Below, in pieces: positions 35,286 through 46,824 of a stretch of 64,000 bases of DNA (its first letter is position 1; every line of letters begins with the position of its first letter). The stretch comes from Minutocellus sp. GHC0000111 (Eukaryota). Under the pieces are notes generated by a model. The model had not been told where the DNA came from, ran no database searches, and worked only from the letters and a program-made list of their open reading frames with translations. Where the stretch lies: the NCBI GenBank assembly GCA_977018835.1, contig OZ361259.1, forward strand, positions 2,356,001-2,420,000, given 5' to 3'. A program made the position numbers and the translations under genes.

Positions 35286-35485
35286 GCTGAAGGGAGGGAT
35301 CGGGATACCACTCTGCTCAGGCAGTAAGTACGGAGGTATTCGTCCTCGATGGAAAATGAGCGGCCTGTGATGGAGCTTCGTGCGAGCCTGCCGGCCATTG
35401 TCAAACTTAACTTCGCCGAAGTCGAGATTTCGCCGAATCCTGCGAAGCAAGAGACCGCCATCCGCCATCACATCCGATTCCGACG

Positions 35486-36505
35486 ATGATGTCGCCAACT
35501 ACGAGTACGGCTGCGTTGCGTTTGCTGCGTCCACTGGTAGAGTGGCCGCCGTGTCAGGAGCAAACAAGGGGGTGGGATTCTTCATAGGTGAGTGAGACGA
35601 AAGAAGAGGATATTACTATTTCCCGCCCGGTGCTTCAGAAATTCGTAAGATTGTCATCAGAGAGCCAAAATCTTTTTTTGACGCCACGATCGTACTTCCC
35701 GATTCTTTGCTGTCTTGCTTATCTCCCAGCACTTCATTTGGCAACGTCGGGACTCTTTAGTTCGGTTTTACTTGGGTGTAGAGATTCCACCCGAGGACAG
35801 CAAGCCGTCTCGGATATCCTGGCACGGGGCAAAGGAAAGATTGCACCAACAACCGAGATCAAGTACCTACCTCTCACTGTAGGGGATGAGGCAAGTCACG
35901 AGCAATTCCGCCAAGCCGTGGAGGATCAGTACGGCAAGCTCGACTGCCTGGTGAATAATGCCGGCTTTGCTTTCAAGGGTGCAGATCCCACGCCATTTGC
36001 TCAGCAATGCAAGCCAACGGTTGATATCAACTTTCGAGGCACGGTCGATCTGACGGAAACGCTCCTTCCACTATTGAGGAAGGGAACTGACGCCAGGATT
36101 GTCAACGTAGCTAGCATGTCTGGACATTTATCGCAGATCCGATCGGCTGAATTACGGAGTGAAATCACATCTCGGGCGTTGACCATGAACAGGCTCAGGG
36201 AATTGGTTGATGAGTTTGAGGCGGATGTTATGGCAGGAAGACATTCCGAGAAGGGTTGGGGCAATTCGAATTACGGCTTGAGCAAGCTAGCTCTGATTGC
36301 CGCTACAAAGATAATGGCACGGGAAGAAGCGGCGAATGGAATCAAGGTAAATTGTTGCTGCCCAGGCTACTGTGACACGGATATGACCAGTCACAAAGGC
36401 CCGAGGGCGCCCGAGGAAGGAGCTCTTAATGCAGTTCTTCCTGCGACGATGGAAAATTGTCCATCGGGTGAATTCTTTAGCAATATGAAGGTGGCAGAGT
36501 GGTAG
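35486..36505 (+). pseudogene. Carbonyl reductase-like SDR; intron 35588-35729, 5-nt duplication frameshift after the start
   Basis: SGANKGVG, NNAG, NVAS, YGLSK, CCPGYCDTDM. TGCGT is duplicated at 35512-35521; removing one copy gives MMSPTTSTAAFAASTGRVAAVSGANKG. Confidence 0.75.
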
Positions 36506-36687
36506 ATCTACAGTAATTAATTAGTGATAAACATTTTGCCAAATGCAAAATGAGTCATCTTGATGCCAAACTTACTTGATGGGTCGGCTGGCTGGGTGTA
36601 CGTACGTGTCGAACAGTCCTTCAAGATACATGTACTCTACACATTCTCAAATCTTACTACGTGAGCAACTGTATCCTCTAGCTAGAC

Positions 36688-37046
36688 ATGAAGCTACCCT
36701 CTCTCGCCATTGCCATCATCTCTACTTCCTTGACTGCCTGTAACGGACATCTCCGTGGCAATCCTAGGCACATTCGAAAGGAACTGTTTTTGCCTGGTAG
36801 ACAAACATCGATTGCAGTAGCTGCGCCTCTTCAAGACTTCCAGCGACAACGCCGCCTGCAGGAGATGGCAAGTCTCGAGGAGGATGCTAGCGACGATGAC
36901 AAGACTCGACTGCCGCCGCCAGAGTACTTTCGTCCGGACCTCATCATTGGATGGGGCATGATGGAGCCTTCCAAAAAAGAATATACGCCCGGGAAGTAGA
37001 TAGGTCTGGATTATTGAAAGGGATGTACCACGAAAATGTAACCAAG
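36688..37046 (+). pseudogene. 5' fragment of a secreted protein abutting the helicase start
   Basis: Signal peptide MKLPSLAIAIISTSLTACNG, HLRG, RRLQ. Stops at 36999; coding-like sequence runs up to ATG 37047. Confidence 0.45.
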
Positions 37047-39005
37047 ATGGAGGCAAGAAGAATAACAAGCCGGCCAGAGCCGCTTGGTGCCGCCATTTGT
37101 TGTATTTTACTTCTTTCTCTCCCCCTTTCGACTAATGGCTTCCAGCCATTTGCACTTTCCCAAGATGTGTCTACTTCCACAAGCAATAATGCCAGCAGCC
37201 ATCTTTTGCTGTCTGCGAGACGGACTGGTCGTGGTGGGGGTGGAGGGCGCAATCAGCAGGGATGGTACAACGCCAATGGCCAAAACAACAACAACAACAA
37301 CAACAACAATAGGCGCGATCATACAGATTTGAATGATGACGATCCCTTCGGTGATTACGACGATGACGACGATGGCTGGGAGGAGAGCTATTATGATGAT
37401 GATTACGATGACGAAGGGGATGGTGATGATGCCGAGGACGGGTATTACTATGCATATGACGATGAGCCCTCCTCGACCTTTGGTGGAAATCGCGATGTTG
37501 TGTCTCCCCAGTCTGACCCAAAATCAACATTCTTCAGTCGCAAGTCGCTGGCAGACCCATCCTTTGTCATGCAGGCATCGGACGATGGTGGCGACAATGA
37601 AACCTTCCAAAGGCTATGCGAAGGTGCTGGCATTACGCAGCCATCGCGAATTCAAGCCTTGGCTTGGCCCGTGCTGCTTCAGGGAAAGGCGGCCATTGTT
37701 GCTGACCAAACAGGATCCGGAAAGACACTGGCATACCTCTTACCGCTTATCCAACGGATGAAGGCGTCCAATGAGGCCGAGAAGGGCAGGCCTCATATGA
37801 ATGGTTCGCCGAAGATCCTCATTTTGACCCCCACGGCAGAGCTTGCCGACCAAGTTCGAGAAGTGTGCGGCAAATTGTCGCAGTCTGTTCCCTTTCGAAC
37901 ATTTCTTACGACTGCCACGGGAAAGTACTCCACCAGCATTCGCGAACAGATTCGAACACTGCAGAATCAACGCGTCGATGTGCTGGTATCGACGCCTGGA
38001 CGTGTGGCAACAATCCTTCGGACCAAGAATTCTGGATTGGACTTGACCAACTTGCAGGCCATTGTATTGGATGAGGTCGATATTCTCCTGATCGATGAAA
38101 CCTTTGGCCCACAGCTTCGCACGGTCGGTGCTGCCGCACCTGTCGATAAGACGCAGTTTGTATTTGTTACGGCAACTTTGCCCGATGATGTTGTCGAGAC
38201 TGTCAATCGAGAATTCCCAGGTGCACAAAAGATCTCTGGTCCGGGCCTTCATCGGGTTGCATCGACGGTCAAGGAACATCTTGTGGATGTGTCGGTGCCT
38301 TCTTCATCGAATCGTGATCTTGATATGTGTTTCGACATGAAAGCTCAGCAGCTGCTCAAGGCATTGAATCAGAACAGATGTCAGAGGACTCTGGTGTTTT
38401 GCAACACGGTTGAAACTTGTCGAAAGGTGGAAAATTTGCTGAACCGAAAAGATCGTAGAGGCAGGCTTCGAGAGGTTCATTCGTATCACAATGCAATGAC
38501 CCCCGAGGCCAGAAATCGTAACTTGCAGTTGTTTGCTCACGGTCGCAATGGGAAAAGGGATGAAAGGAGAGGCGGTGGTCGCCGTGGTGGCAGAAGTGGA
38601 AGGCAGGCTGACAACGATGGCGTTGAGCAGATCCTGGTTTGTACCGATCGAGCCGCCAGGGGTGTTGACTTTGATGCAGCACCGGTCGATCATGTCGTAC
38701 TCTTTGATTTCCCAAAGGATCCTGCAGAATATGTGAGGCGTGTAGGCCGAACAGCTCGTGCAGGACGAAAAGGCACGTCCACTGTCTTTGCCTACGGTTG
38801 GCAGCTTCCCATTGCCAGAGGCATTATGGGCAGCAAATTGGAATATACCGTTGCCAAAAATGAGCTCAATGACGGTGGCGACGATGATGAGAACTATGAA
38901 TTTAGAGGCGGTGCTGCTGCTCGACGACGAAAAGGTGGTAAGAAGAAGAAAGGAAAGGATGAAATAATCAAGGGCAACATCGAATCTGGTAACTTGTGGA
39001 AATAG
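37047..39005 (+). CDS. Plastid-targeted DEAD-box RNA helicase (RH50-like)
   Basis: Leader ...[12 protein letters not shown] motif [42 protein letters not shown]. Confidence 0.85.
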   Translation: MEARRITSRPEPLGAAICCILLLSLPLSTNGFQPFALSQDVSTSTSNNASSHLLLSARRTGRGGGGGRNQQGWYNANGQNNNNNNNNNRRDHTDLNDDDPFGDYDDDDDGWEESYYDDDYDDEGDGDDAEDGYYYAYDDEPSSTFGGNRDVVSPQSDPKSTFFSRKSLADPSFVMQASDDGGDNETFQRLCEGAGITQPSRIQALAWPVLLQGKAAIVADQTGSGKTLAYLLPLIQRMKASNEAEKGRPHMNGSPKILILTPTAELADQVREVCGKLSQSVPFRTFLTTATGKYSTSIREQIRTLQNQRVDVLVSTPGRVATILRTKNSGLDLTNLQAIVLDEVDILLIDETFGPQLRTVGAAAPVDKTQFVFVTATLPDDVVETVNREFPGAQKISGPGLHRVASTVKEHLVDVSVPSSSNRDLDMCFDMKAQQLLKALNQNRCQRTLVFCNTVETCRKVENLLNRKDRRGRLREVHSYHNAMTPEARNRNLQLFAHGRNGKRDERRGGGRRGGRSGRQADNDGVEQILVCTDRAARGVDFDAAPVDHVVLFDFPKDPAEYVRRVGRTARAGRKGTSTVFAYGWQLPIARGIMGSKLEYTVAKNELNDGGDDDENYEFRGGAAARRRKGGKKKKGKDEIIKGNIESGNLWK

Positions 39006-39080
39006 GGAGAGTTGGAAGTAATGTTGTACAGTAACTTGATAAATAAATCGAACAAACGAACATCATCCATTTGTATTATC

Positions 39081-40118
39081 TTATTGCAACGCTCTACCGT
39101 AGACATTGAACCAGCGAAATTCCTCCTCGCTGAGAGTACCTTTTGCATTCAAATCACGGTCAAGCCACTGCCGGTGATGATCGACGTATCTCATGAACTT
39201 GCGATGCATCGGATCATCATTATCAATCATGCGCAACTTATCTCCTGGCAGATAGTCAAATGATTCAGAGCTTTGGATAGGGTTTGCGTATGAGTCTCTC
39301 TCGAATAATATAGAGAAATACCAGCGGCGAGATATGTATTTTAGGAGTTCTTGCTTGGGGCTCCAACCACTACTTGTTAGGTGAAGGTAAAGTTTAATCA
39401 AGTTGGCCGGCTTTGAATTTGTTGGTTGAAGGAAAAGTCTAGTTGCTCCAACCCTGGTCACATCATCTTCATTCAAGATTTGAATCATTGTATTCATTCC
39501 CATCCAAGCGATCGCAACTTCTGACACTTCTCCCCCATCGAGAACAGACAGACCATTGCCAAATCGAAATTCCACTGGGAGGTCATTGATTTCGGAGTCT
39601 TCATCTCTTGCTAGTGCTTGTTGGACCTTTCTGTAAAAACTCAGTGCACCATTTTCGAGCGCTTGTTCCGAAACGTCGGCGCCAATCACTTTTTCGTATC
39701 GTCCAGTAGCTGCCAGTGCGATGGCTAGTAAGCCATGATCGGTTCCAATATCAGCAATTGAAGATTTTGTCTCTGATCCGTTGGAGGAGGAGGTTGACAA
39801 TTGAACGATGTCACCCAGCCGTTCCCACGTCTTTCCTTTTCGTGATAGCAACTTCATGCAATCCTTGGCAATAAGTTGAGAGCCATCGCCATCATGATCT
39901 GGCGGCGTCATTTGCAACCGAGAACGCCTTCTACGAAACCGAGCATATCGATTCCTTGCTGCTGCTGACTCTTTGTGATTTGACCGATGAGAAATTAGTA
40001 AGTGACACGACGACACCAGCGCTGATCTTCGAGTATGCATATCGGCAACAGCAAAAGCCGAGACCGTCCTCAGAGTGAGAAGGGATGACATGAGGAAGTA
40101 TATTACATTTATCGGCAT
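39081..40118 (-). CDS. trmK: TrmK-like tRNA (adenine22-N1)-methyltransferase, plastid-type leader
   Basis: TVSAF leader, IADIGTDHGLL, RFGNGL, LFLQP. The usual IAGMG reads IAWMG. Confidence 0.75.
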   Translation of the reverse strand: MPINVIYFLMSSLLTLRTVSAFAVADMHTRRSALVSSCHLLISHRSNHKESAAARNRYARFRRRRSRLQMTPPDHDGDGSQLIAKDCMKLLSRKGKTWERLGDIVQLSTSSSNGSETKSSIADIGTDHGLLAIALAATGRYEKVIGADVSEQALENGALSFYRKVQQALARDEDSEINDLPVEFRFGNGLSVLDGGEVSEVAIAWMGMNTMIQILNEDDVTRVGATRLFLQPTNSKPANLIKLYLHLTSSGWSPKQELLKYISRRWYFSILFERDSYANPIQSSESFDYLPGDKLRMIDNDDPMHRKFMRYVDHHRQWLDRDLNAKGTLSEEEFRWFNVYGRALQ

Positions 40119-40604
40119 CAGTATTCGTTGGGGTTTGACTGACGCTGCTGCAGCTCAACTACCACAAGCCACAAGGTGACAAGGTGCAGACGGGAAGAAG
40201 AAGATAGTGGGAGGTCGTGGACTCATAACCCAAGCACAAGTGAATCTCTTTCATGGGAGATTGGTGATAACGTTAAGGCAAGGAAAAAGAGAAAAGGAAA
40301 GCAAGGAGTTTGACACCTCGAACGAGAAGCCATCTGCCTTGGCGATGGCAGCAGCCAGGGCCAAAGAACAACAGCCGCCGCCGCCGCTTGGCTTGTTCGC
40401 TGTGATCAGAACCATGACAACTCAATGGCATTAGAACGCAACCACACCATTTTATAACACAAGATATTCCCTTGATTCTTCTGCTTACTTACCGCAAAGT
40501 CGAAGACACGCAAAAGAAAACATCACGCTGAATCATATAAATCAAATCAAATCATCACAGAGATCTTTCTCATCAATCGATCGAACCGCCACATCCATAA
40601 GTCC

Positions 40605-41620
40605 AGGCCAAGTATTCAGGATTCATGTTCCGCGCCACTCATGATCCCCGTGGAAGGATTCGCCGGGGAGCTCTCCTTGAGCGACTCCAGATAGCACGGA
40701 GTTTGGCCGATGCCGTAAGATATCTACACGATCACAACGTTGCCTTTCGTGATTTGGTGAGTCTATTCCACTCCTTTTACCATTCCTTTTTCTGCAGTAT
40801 TCTCTTGGATTATCATGTTACTCACCCGATTTTTATTCTACCCATCACCACCATGGTCTTGCACGTGTGCGTATAGAAACCGGAAAATATTGGCTTTACT
40901 AAAGAGGGGAATCTAAAATTGTTTGACTTCGGCCTGGCCAAGGAGCTCAAACCACATCGCCGGTTAGCTGATGGTACATATCAGCTTACAGGCAACACAG
41001 GAAGTCGTCGATATATGGCTCCTGAGGTTGCTGGAGTTCGACCGTACAATCTAAGTGTTGATGCTTATTCATTTGGCATCCTTCTGTGGGAGCTATCTGC
41101 TCTAGAGAAGCCGTTTGATGGCTTTACGGGTGAGTGGCTACGTTTGCAAGTATGCATAATCTTTTCCTCTCCCCTCAGATCAACTCATCAACTCTTTGAC
41201 TCTATCTCTTGAACTCTTTCTGTAGAGACGAACCATCGAGAATTTGTTGTGGAAGGAGGAGGGCGGCCGGAAATATGCAGCTTTGGTATCCACTCTTATT
41301 GGCCACAAGTACTTCAAGATCCTATTAACAAATGCTGGCAGCAAGACCTTTTCCTCCGGCAATCATTTGCCTACATTGAAGGCGAGCTAGATAAGTGTTT
41401 AGAGGAGGCATCTGAGAATGGCAGTGGCCCAAGCTCGCCGAGCAAGTCTATAACAAAAGCAAGGAGGTCCTCCACAAGGTCGAGGTCGGCAAAGAAACGT
41501 GTTGGGACTCTGATGAAGTCTGCGTCCGAAAAGATGACCAACCACTCTGATGGCCTTAACAGATCGCTCGGACGCAGCGGACGAAGCTCGGGAAGTCGTT
41601 CGCATGTACACCCTGCATGA
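40605..41620 (+). pseudogene. Protein kinase C-lobe only (TKL-like); introns 40757-40876 and 41130-41225
   Basis: YLH..FRDL|KPENIG, DFGLAKE, GSRRYMAPE, DAYSFGILLWE. No Gly-rich loop or VAIK upstream; in-frame TAA just before. Confidence 0.7.
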
Positions 41621-41760
41621 GCACGCCGAACACGTTCGGCGATTTGCTTGTGTTGAGGTTGGTATACTATGTATGCTTTCAAACCTCATTATTACTTTTC
41701 CATTATTGCTTGAATTGCTAACTTAGAATAATAATCAGTGTCTATCAAGCTGCTGCGTAG

Positions 41761-42483
41761 CTAGAACAAAATTATTCCGACAACCGTTCCCAACGCTGCC
41801 ACAAAGGGTGCAAGAGTACCAAAGTTCTCTTCAACGAAGCTGAGTTCGCCCTCTATTTTCTCTCCGTGTCTGCAATCCAGGTCATACGACACCGACCACT
41901 TTAGCTTGCCGCCATCGCTCTGGTTATTCTTGTTTATACAGAGCAAATCCCTTCCGTGCAAAGGAGAAGCCGTAGTGATTCTTTTTCGCATGTAAACTTG
42001 TCGCTTCTGACGAATATCTGGATCTACACCTTCACATACGAATCCATACTTATTGTACATTCGCAAAGCGGCCGTATTGTTGAAGTCCGTTCGGAGCCAA
42101 ATCTCAGATGCTTCCCGTAAATCTCCCATGAATGACCCCTCACCTTCTATTGCAGCCTCTATTGTTCTATTTAGGAGAGCTTTGCCGATTCCCAGACCCC
42201 GATATTCAGGCAAAACTGCAAGATTGCAAATAAAGGGTGCTACCCTCTTGCTCGAGCCACTGCTATCCCCGTGCTTGAAAAAAGGAATCGGGCATTCGCC
42301 GTATGCTAGCTCGACAACTCCAATAATATTTGATGAGTTTTCGTCTTCATTTGGGGAGAGGGTCTCGGCAACAAATAACGGCTGAGCAGCTGTGCTTGCT
42401 TTAGCGTTGAATGACGCCTCCTTCTCGTCGGCTCTACTTTCTTCCAGTCCAGAATAATAGTTCGAAAGTACAAGTCGCTGTAG
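41761..42483 (-). pseudogene. C-terminal part of a GNAT acetyltransferase lacking a start
   Basis: Open frame from 42483: LQRLVLSNYY...IIGVVEL...FICNLAVLPEYRGLGIGKALL...NTAALRMYNKYGF. Preceded by TAG, with no ATG ahead of the domain. Confidence 0.75.
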
Positions 42484-42581
42484 CTAGCTAGCCTAGCACT
42501 GGTAGCGTACATGTCGTTGCTGTTGGCGTGATCATTAAGGAGTTGGTGAAGCTGATGCCATCGTGTATTATCTATCATATG

Positions 42582-43253
42582 TTATTGAACCCTGATGTCG
42601 AGCTTGGCCAAGTTGTCTCCCAACTCGGCGTTCAGCGTCGCGAAGATGGCGGTTCTTCGTGCTTCTCTCTTGGAGGCGGCATATATCTTGTCCGCATCCT
42701 CCTCGTCTTGCGTGGCAAAGTCTCTGGCCCTATCCTTGGCCTTGCGTGTCCGGCACATGGACGCACGGGCAAACTCAGAGGCATCGGCACGGCCGTCCTC
42801 CCTTAGCCGGTCTTGGGTGGTCAGAACCGCATCAAACATGGCCCGTTGGGACGATCGACGCTCTTCGATTTGCGATCTGGAGCGTAGGTGTTCGATGCCA
42901 CGGATGCAGTCGTCGGGGCCGGCTCGTCCCTTGCGAGCTGCGCGGGCGCTCCGTCGAATGTCGTCCTTCATGTCGAGGTAGTCGTCTTCGTTGTAGAACA
43001 TGTCTCTCTTGACTTTCTCCGGAAATTGCCAGAGGCCGGGAACAATGAGGATGCGGGTTGTCTCGTTGAAGGCGACACGACGACGGCGACGGCGTTGCTG
43101 GCGTCTACCATCAACGCTGGCGGCATTGGTGGACGACGATGTGGATGTGGCGGAAGAGCGGCGAGGTGCAGCAGCAGCAGTAGGATCTTCGGAGGTAGCA
43201 GCAGCGTCGCTGGCCATGGTGATGATCTCTTTTGGTGGAGAAATGCTGGTCAT
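42582..43253 (-). CDS. Hypothetical protein (RVAF...FY...CIRGIEH type)
   Basis: Clean ORF with coding-like composition. Confidence 0.6.
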   Translation of the reverse strand: MTSISPPKEIITMASDAAATSEDPTAAAAPRRSSATSTSSSTNAASVDGRRQQRRRRRRVAFNETTRILIVPGLWQFPEKVKRDMFYNEDDYLDMKDDIRRSARAARKGRAGPDDCIRGIEHLRSRSQIEERRSSQRAMFDAVLTTQDRLREDGRADASEFARASMCRTRKAKDRARDFATQDEEDADKIYAASKREARRTAIFATLNAELGDNLAKLDIRVQ

Positions 43254-43711
43254 GTTTTGGCCTTTTAGAGGCAGAACAGTGGGGGCAATGTGAGGTGCTT
43301 GGCCATCCGATGCAGCTGTTGAGTACGGAAAGGTAAACAATGATACATGTACTACTACGTAGCTAGGCCTACCTAGGTACATACGTAGTAGCGCAGCAGC
43401 GGACGCATCATGCGATTACGATGCGGCCCCGGAGTTTGTGTGGGCTGCATGCCAACGCTCAAGATCACAAAAGATGATCTTCACCCTCGGAACCTCTGAA
43501 AATCTTCGAGAAATAGAAAGAGACGCCGGTGGCATGTTTCTGAAAATGCTTTTGTCCGTTCTTGCGTGGCAGAAATAGTTTTTTGAGTTTGGCAAAGTGG
43601 CGGGATGTCGTCTGTCCTTCTTCCGTCTATCTTAGCTCGTCGGCTCGCGTGATCCTGATCGCATCGCCTTTCATTTTGCAGAAGGGCGGCGCAACGCGAA
43701 AAGCAGCCAAG

Positions 43712-45004
43712 ATGGTCGACCCATCCCCAACCCCCTCTCCCCCCACCGCCCCTCGTCGCAAGAGGAAGAGAAGGGGGAGCAAGTCAACGACATTGAATGC
43801 ACTCGGTGGACCATCTTCTGAAAATACGAGTAATAGTATCATCCATGACCTCAACGTTCCCCTCCCCAGAACGCAGGGAGCACTGACCGACATCATGAGT
43901 CGACTGCAATCCGCCGGGTACGGAGTCGCCGCCTTCTCGCATACCACCTACGGCCGACCAGATCCAAAGAAGGATGCGTCGGATGTCGTTCTGCAAGATT
44001 CTGTGCTGGATTCCTCCCTTCAGGCTTCTCGCGTTGCAGGTGCCGGTGCTGGTGCTGGTCAAACACGGCATGGCCGCCTTCGCATCCTGAAGCGATTGAA
44101 TGCAGTTGTGGAGGAGCTGTCCGATATTGCCTACTACACCGATTCGACCCCCGACAACAGTGGTGGAAGAGCTGGCGGTAACAGTAGTGGCGGCAGCGAA
44201 GTTCACAATGTCTTGGACTCGTACGACATCGTCGCCCTCTCTCCTCGGTCCGATGCCACCTTTGCCTCGGCGTGTTCAACAGCCTCTCGCGCCGACGTCA
44301 TCATGTTGGACTACAGCACGGGCCGGTTGCCGTTCAAACTGAAAGGCAGCTCCATTCGGGCCGCCGCCAAGTTTGGTATTGCCTTCGAGTTGTGCTACGC
44401 ATCGGCCATCCTCGAGCCGTCCAAGCGAAAGGCGTTGGTGCGCATCGCACTCGATTTGCACAATGCAAGCAGGGGAGTGCGCAACCCATCTCCACGGATT
44501 ATCCTCACTTCCGGCGCGAGAGTTGCCGCCGGGGAGGACTTTGGCACATTGGCGCTGCGGACACCGTCGGATCTGGGCAATGTACTGAAAACGGTTCTCA
44601 AGTTTGATGATGTCCAAGCGATGGGTGCAATGGGCGCAGCATCTCGCGACGTTGTTACTCGATGTCGCAACCGAAAGCTGGGCCTTTGCGTCATTCCCGG
44701 CGGTGGTGGAGCAAGTGGTATGAAGAATACAGTCGGGGTTGATATGAAAGCCGATAGCAGCAATGAGGAATCGGCGCCTGTACTTGGCACTGCCAGGGAA
44801 CGTATTCAACGGCTTATTGCCTCGGCGGCAACCACAAATCAGCAGCAAAAAGCAAATGAGGAAGATGCGTCAATGACAAAAAAAGAGGAGGAAGAAGAAG
44901 AGGAAGTCCATATGCAAGAAAGCGAATCCGATTTGAATGGCAGTGAAGGAAGTGAAGATAATGAAGAGGATGATGACGATGATGGGTTTATTACTTTTTC
45001 GTAA
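43712..45004 (+). CDS. RPP30: RNase P/MRP subunit p30
   Basis: HDLNV, GYGVAAFSH, ILKRLN, YDIVALSP, GIAFELCYA, IILTSGA, LRTPSDL, acidic tail. Confidence 0.85.
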   Translation: MVDPSPTPSPPTAPRRKRKRRGSKSTTLNALGGPSSENTSNSIIHDLNVPLPRTQGALTDIMSRLQSAGYGVAAFSHTTYGRPDPKKDASDVVLQDSVLDSSLQASRVAGAGAGAGQTRHGRLRILKRLNAVVEELSDIAYYTDSTPDNSGGRAGGNSSGGSEVHNVLDSYDIVALSPRSDATFASACSTASRADVIMLDYSTGRLPFKLKGSSIRAAAKFGIAFELCYASAILEPSKRKALVRIALDLHNASRGVRNPSPRIILTSGARVAAGEDFGTLALRTPSDLGNVLKTVLKFDDVQAMGAMGAASRDVVTRCRNRKLGLCVIPGGGGASGMKNTVGVDMKADSSNEESAPVLGTARERIQRLIASAATTNQQQKANEEDASMTKKEEEEEEEVHMQESESDLNGSEGSEDNEEDDDDDGFITFS

Positions 45005-45040
45005 GCTAATATAAATGGAAAAGAAAAGTGTTGTTGATCA

Positions 45041-46288
45041 TTACGAAAAGTTGGGCGTTAAACACAGCGATGCATACGAAAGTAGTGCAGCGAAAAGGAT
45101 ACACTTTGATATGTATTGACGATCCAATAGCCCATTCCCAACTGCGTGTGATTCGTCAGCAGTACGACTTGGAGAAGTGCCGAGCAGGTCCTTCATAAGT
45201 GCTGAATCTTCCTGCCGATCTCTTTTACGTTCCAGAATGAGCAACGTAGTCCCAATGAGTGTAGATATGCTCCCCAAAAATATGAATACGGGGTGCAGCG
45301 ACTTCAAAATTGTGCTTTTGTCCCTGTGAAGATGACCAAGAAATACAGTCGCATTTGCCAATACCCATGGAAGGTGCAAATATGCTAAGTTACGCCATCC
45401 TGAAAGCCCCGTGCATTTGCTCCATCTGGTCATGGCGCACAACAGACTCGCGCAATCAATAAACATGGTCCAATGTGGAAGCCACCTGTGATGAAAAAGA
45501 TTGCGCCGTGAATAAAAAGAACGTCAGGGTGACATCTATCAGTAGTATGGGCCAGTGCCTGTCTCAGCATGGCATTCTACTCACACTGCGAATGAAGGCG
45601 CGCCAGATAGATCACTTTGTTTCATGAACGGGGGTGTTGGCGGTTCGAGTAACCCACCAAAGAAACGAAGAGACATCCAATGCTCACCACCACATATCCA
45701 GTGAATGAAACCGATGCCAACAATCACCAAGTACGAACAAAGGATTGATATTGAAGCAGGAGCATATCGTTTTGATGATTGCTTATAAAATATGAATGAA
45801 ACAATGTAACAATGTGAGTACACAATAATTTGTAGTGGCAAATTTGTAGAGCAGAGAAAAAGAAAGTGTGCTTCTCACCGGCAATGGTTTTCCATTTTCA
45901 AGAGCCGATACCGATAGCCGCATCGATGAAGTCATCACAAGATTTGGAACCGCCATGAGCAGCTGCTCGATTCCATGGAGCCAGTCTACAGAAATGAAGC
46001 TTCTCGTTGGTCCATGGGCCAATTTACTCTGTGTAACTGCAACCAACGGAACCGCAATGAGAATTGAAATTGTTTGGGCAATTGAGCCAATAGCGACACC
46101 ACGCGGGCAGAGTGTCAGCGACGTTCGAGCCCATAAAATATTTTGGATTGCGATTGGAAAGATCGACGCAGGATAAAGTTTTGATGTCAGTCTCCTCGTC
46201 ACATCGGCTGATGACACATGAGCTGTAACGAGTGTCGAGGGCCGACCGAGGGAAGATAAGGCGATCAGTGACGACGAAATTTTGTGCA
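45041..46288 (-). pseudogene. Multi-pass membrane protein of unknown function, apparently disrupted
   Basis: Three consecutive hydrophobic ORF pieces, with a stop and frame change near 45783 and a probable intron at ~45489-45583. Confidence 0.4.
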
Positions 46289-46700
46289 TCTTGTCTCTGT
46301 TCTCTAGATCCACTCTCTTGCAGTAATGCTTGGTCGAACTTAACACTTGGCAGTGCCGCCCTACGCTACCAAGACATCTCATCTCGGAAGATCCAATGAC
46401 GTACGTACCTGTAATGTGCCGTACCGGTACGTAAGTTCATGCTGCTGCTGCTGCTGCGAAAGCAAGCAGCAGCAGTCAGCAGGCGAAGCGAGCAACTGCT
46501 GCAGGCAGGTGCTTGCTAGCTGGAGTCTATGTGCTGATAGGAAGAAATATGTCTATCTTGATCTAATTCGGTAGCTACGCAGTTATGGTGGGACTCCCAC
46601 CGGTACATGAAGATCTAGAGATCTAGATCACCAAGTCGGTGCCACAGGTACTGTGTGCATGTGTACCGTCCGCATTGGGTGTGACCCCGACCGATGTCAC

Positions 46701-46767
46701 GGTGTCTATCAGTAACCAACACGTTCCTTCTCTTAAGCAAGGAACGTGTTGGTTACTGATAGACACC
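46701..46767. repeat. Perfect 29-bp inverted repeat with 9-nt spacer
   Basis: GGTGTCTATCAGTAACCAACACGTTCCTT-CTCTTAAGC-AAGGAACGTGTTGGTTACTGATAGACACC. Confidence 0.95.
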
Positions 46768-46824
46768 ATGTTAGAATTGCTAGCATTGCGCACGAATTTT
46801 CAACCGCTCAATCATCACCACCTA

